DNA of 63,142 nt, the filler included, from Candidatus Zapsychrus exili (GTDB lineage Bacteria; Omnitrophota; Gorgyraeia; Zapsychrales; Zapsychraceae), in NCBI GenBank assembly GCA_030765585.1. It is 11 parts of 11 records of this genome, joined end to end, with 100 filler letters (N's around TTAATTAATTAA, not from the genome) between each part and the next. Parts side by side here need not be neighbours in the genome. Positions count along the whole stretch, not along the records: positions 59,479 to 63,142 come from JAVCCJ010000105.1; 10 more parts are not named here. One strand, written 5' to 3'. The notes under the pieces are model-generated. The model did not search any database and had not been told where the DNA came from. It saw only the letters and a program-made list of their open reading frames with translations. Shown here one piece after another: positions 62,271-63,142 of the stretch; within the stretch, counting starts at the first letter, position 1; every line of letters begins with the position of its first letter. A program made the translations under genes and the position numbers.

Positions 62271-63142
62271 TCATTTATCTGTTAATGCAGCTATACCTGG
62301 AAGTTCTTTTCCTTCTAAAAATTCTAAAGAAGCTCCACCACCTGTTGATATATGTGTCATTTTTTCTTCTACATTAAACTTTTTAGCAGCAGCAGCTGAA
62401 TCGCCACCACCTACAATAGTTGTGCAATCATCTAAGGTTGCTAAACATTCTGCTATTTGCTTAGTACCTTCTGCATAAGCATCTTTCTCAAAAACACCTA
62501 CTGGACCATTCCATACAACTGTCTTTGCAGTTGCTAAAACTTCTTTAAATCTTGCTATTGTCTTTGGACCAATATCTAGGCCTTCAAATCCAGGTTCAAT
62601 AACATCAACTGTTTTTCTGGTAGCTGGGTCTGCGTTAAAATCGTCTACAACAACAAAATCTTGACTTAGCTCAATATTAACACCTTTTTCTTTTGCTTTA
62701 TCCAACAATTCTTTTGCAATATCAACTTTATCTGCCTCAAGCAAAGAATTTCCAATTTCTTGTCCTAATGCTTTTAAAAACGTATACGCCATACCTCCAC
62801 CAACAAGAATCGAATCTGCCTTATCAAGAAGATTTTCTATAAGCATAATCTTATCAGACACTTTTGCCCCACCTAAAATTACAACAAAAGGTCTGACAGG
62901 GGCTTGAACAGCCTTACCTAAATAATTAATTTCTTTCTCTAAGAGAAACCCAGCTGCTGACTCTAAATGTTTAGCTATTCCTTCTGTTGAAGCGTGTGCA
63001 CGATGAGCAGTTCCGAACGCATCATTTACATAAATTTCAGCTAAAGAAGCAAGCGCTAAAGCAAAATCCGAATCATTCTTAGTCTCTTCTTTATGAAAAC
63101 GTAGATTTTCTAAGAGAACAACTCTTTTATCTGATGCATCAA
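62271..63142 (-). CDS. pgk: Phosphoglycerate kinase, 5'-truncated by the window edge
   Basis: [42 protein letters not shown]. Confidence 0.97.
   Translation of the reverse strand, partial: DASDKRVVLLENLRFHKEETKNDSDFALALASLAEIYVNDAFGTAHRAHASTEGIAKHLESAAGFLLEKEINYLGKAVQAPVRPFVVILGGAKVSDKIMLIENLLDKADSILVGGGMAYTFLKALGQEIGNSLLEADKVDIAKELLDKAKEKGVNIELSQDFVVVDDFNADPATRKTVDVIEPGFEGLDIGPKTIARFKEVLATAKTVVWNGPVGVFEKDAYAEGTKQIAECLATLDDCTTIVGGGDSAAAAKKFNVEEKMTHISTGGGASLEFLEGKELPGIAALTDK

Overview
This window is not one continuous locus. It is 11 contigs joined by ten 100-nt N spacers, each carrying the all-frame-stop linker TTAATTAATTAA, so gene adjacency holds only within a contig. A perfect 84-bp fold-back at one contig end suggests an MDA-amplified single-cell or low-input assembly. 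Most contigs look like one low-GC bacterium: hisHAFI-trpE-rpsP-yajC-secD; phoR-porin-pstSC with clear Pho boxes; pgk-tpiA-secG-peptide ABC; and two surface-polysaccharide clusters. The gene orders remind me of Ca. Omnitrophota, which I cannot verify. Three contigs are defence islands: (1) an RM helicase, a Type IIG remnant, and an HNH/unknown pair; (2) a Type I RM locus with embedded DUF3644 and RipA-like membrane genes; (3) an SNF2-DUF4391-Type III RM locus with an embedded SIR2-HerA pair. One contig is phage (RNA ligase, lysozyme, holin). One contig looks archaeal (DPANN-like) and carries attC-like sites bounding a cassette with a TrmB regulator and a stand-alone alanyl-tRNA-synthetase paralog whose alanine pocket is substituted. 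The 12-kb accessory contig (47376-59378) is divided into gene modules by a recurring multi-hairpin element, recombinase-like C-terminal 'tails' and a shared promoter, which suggests a cassette-like accretion array that is not a classical integron. The last two observations are the best candidates for undescribed systems. All family assignments come from motif recognition only; no database searches were run.
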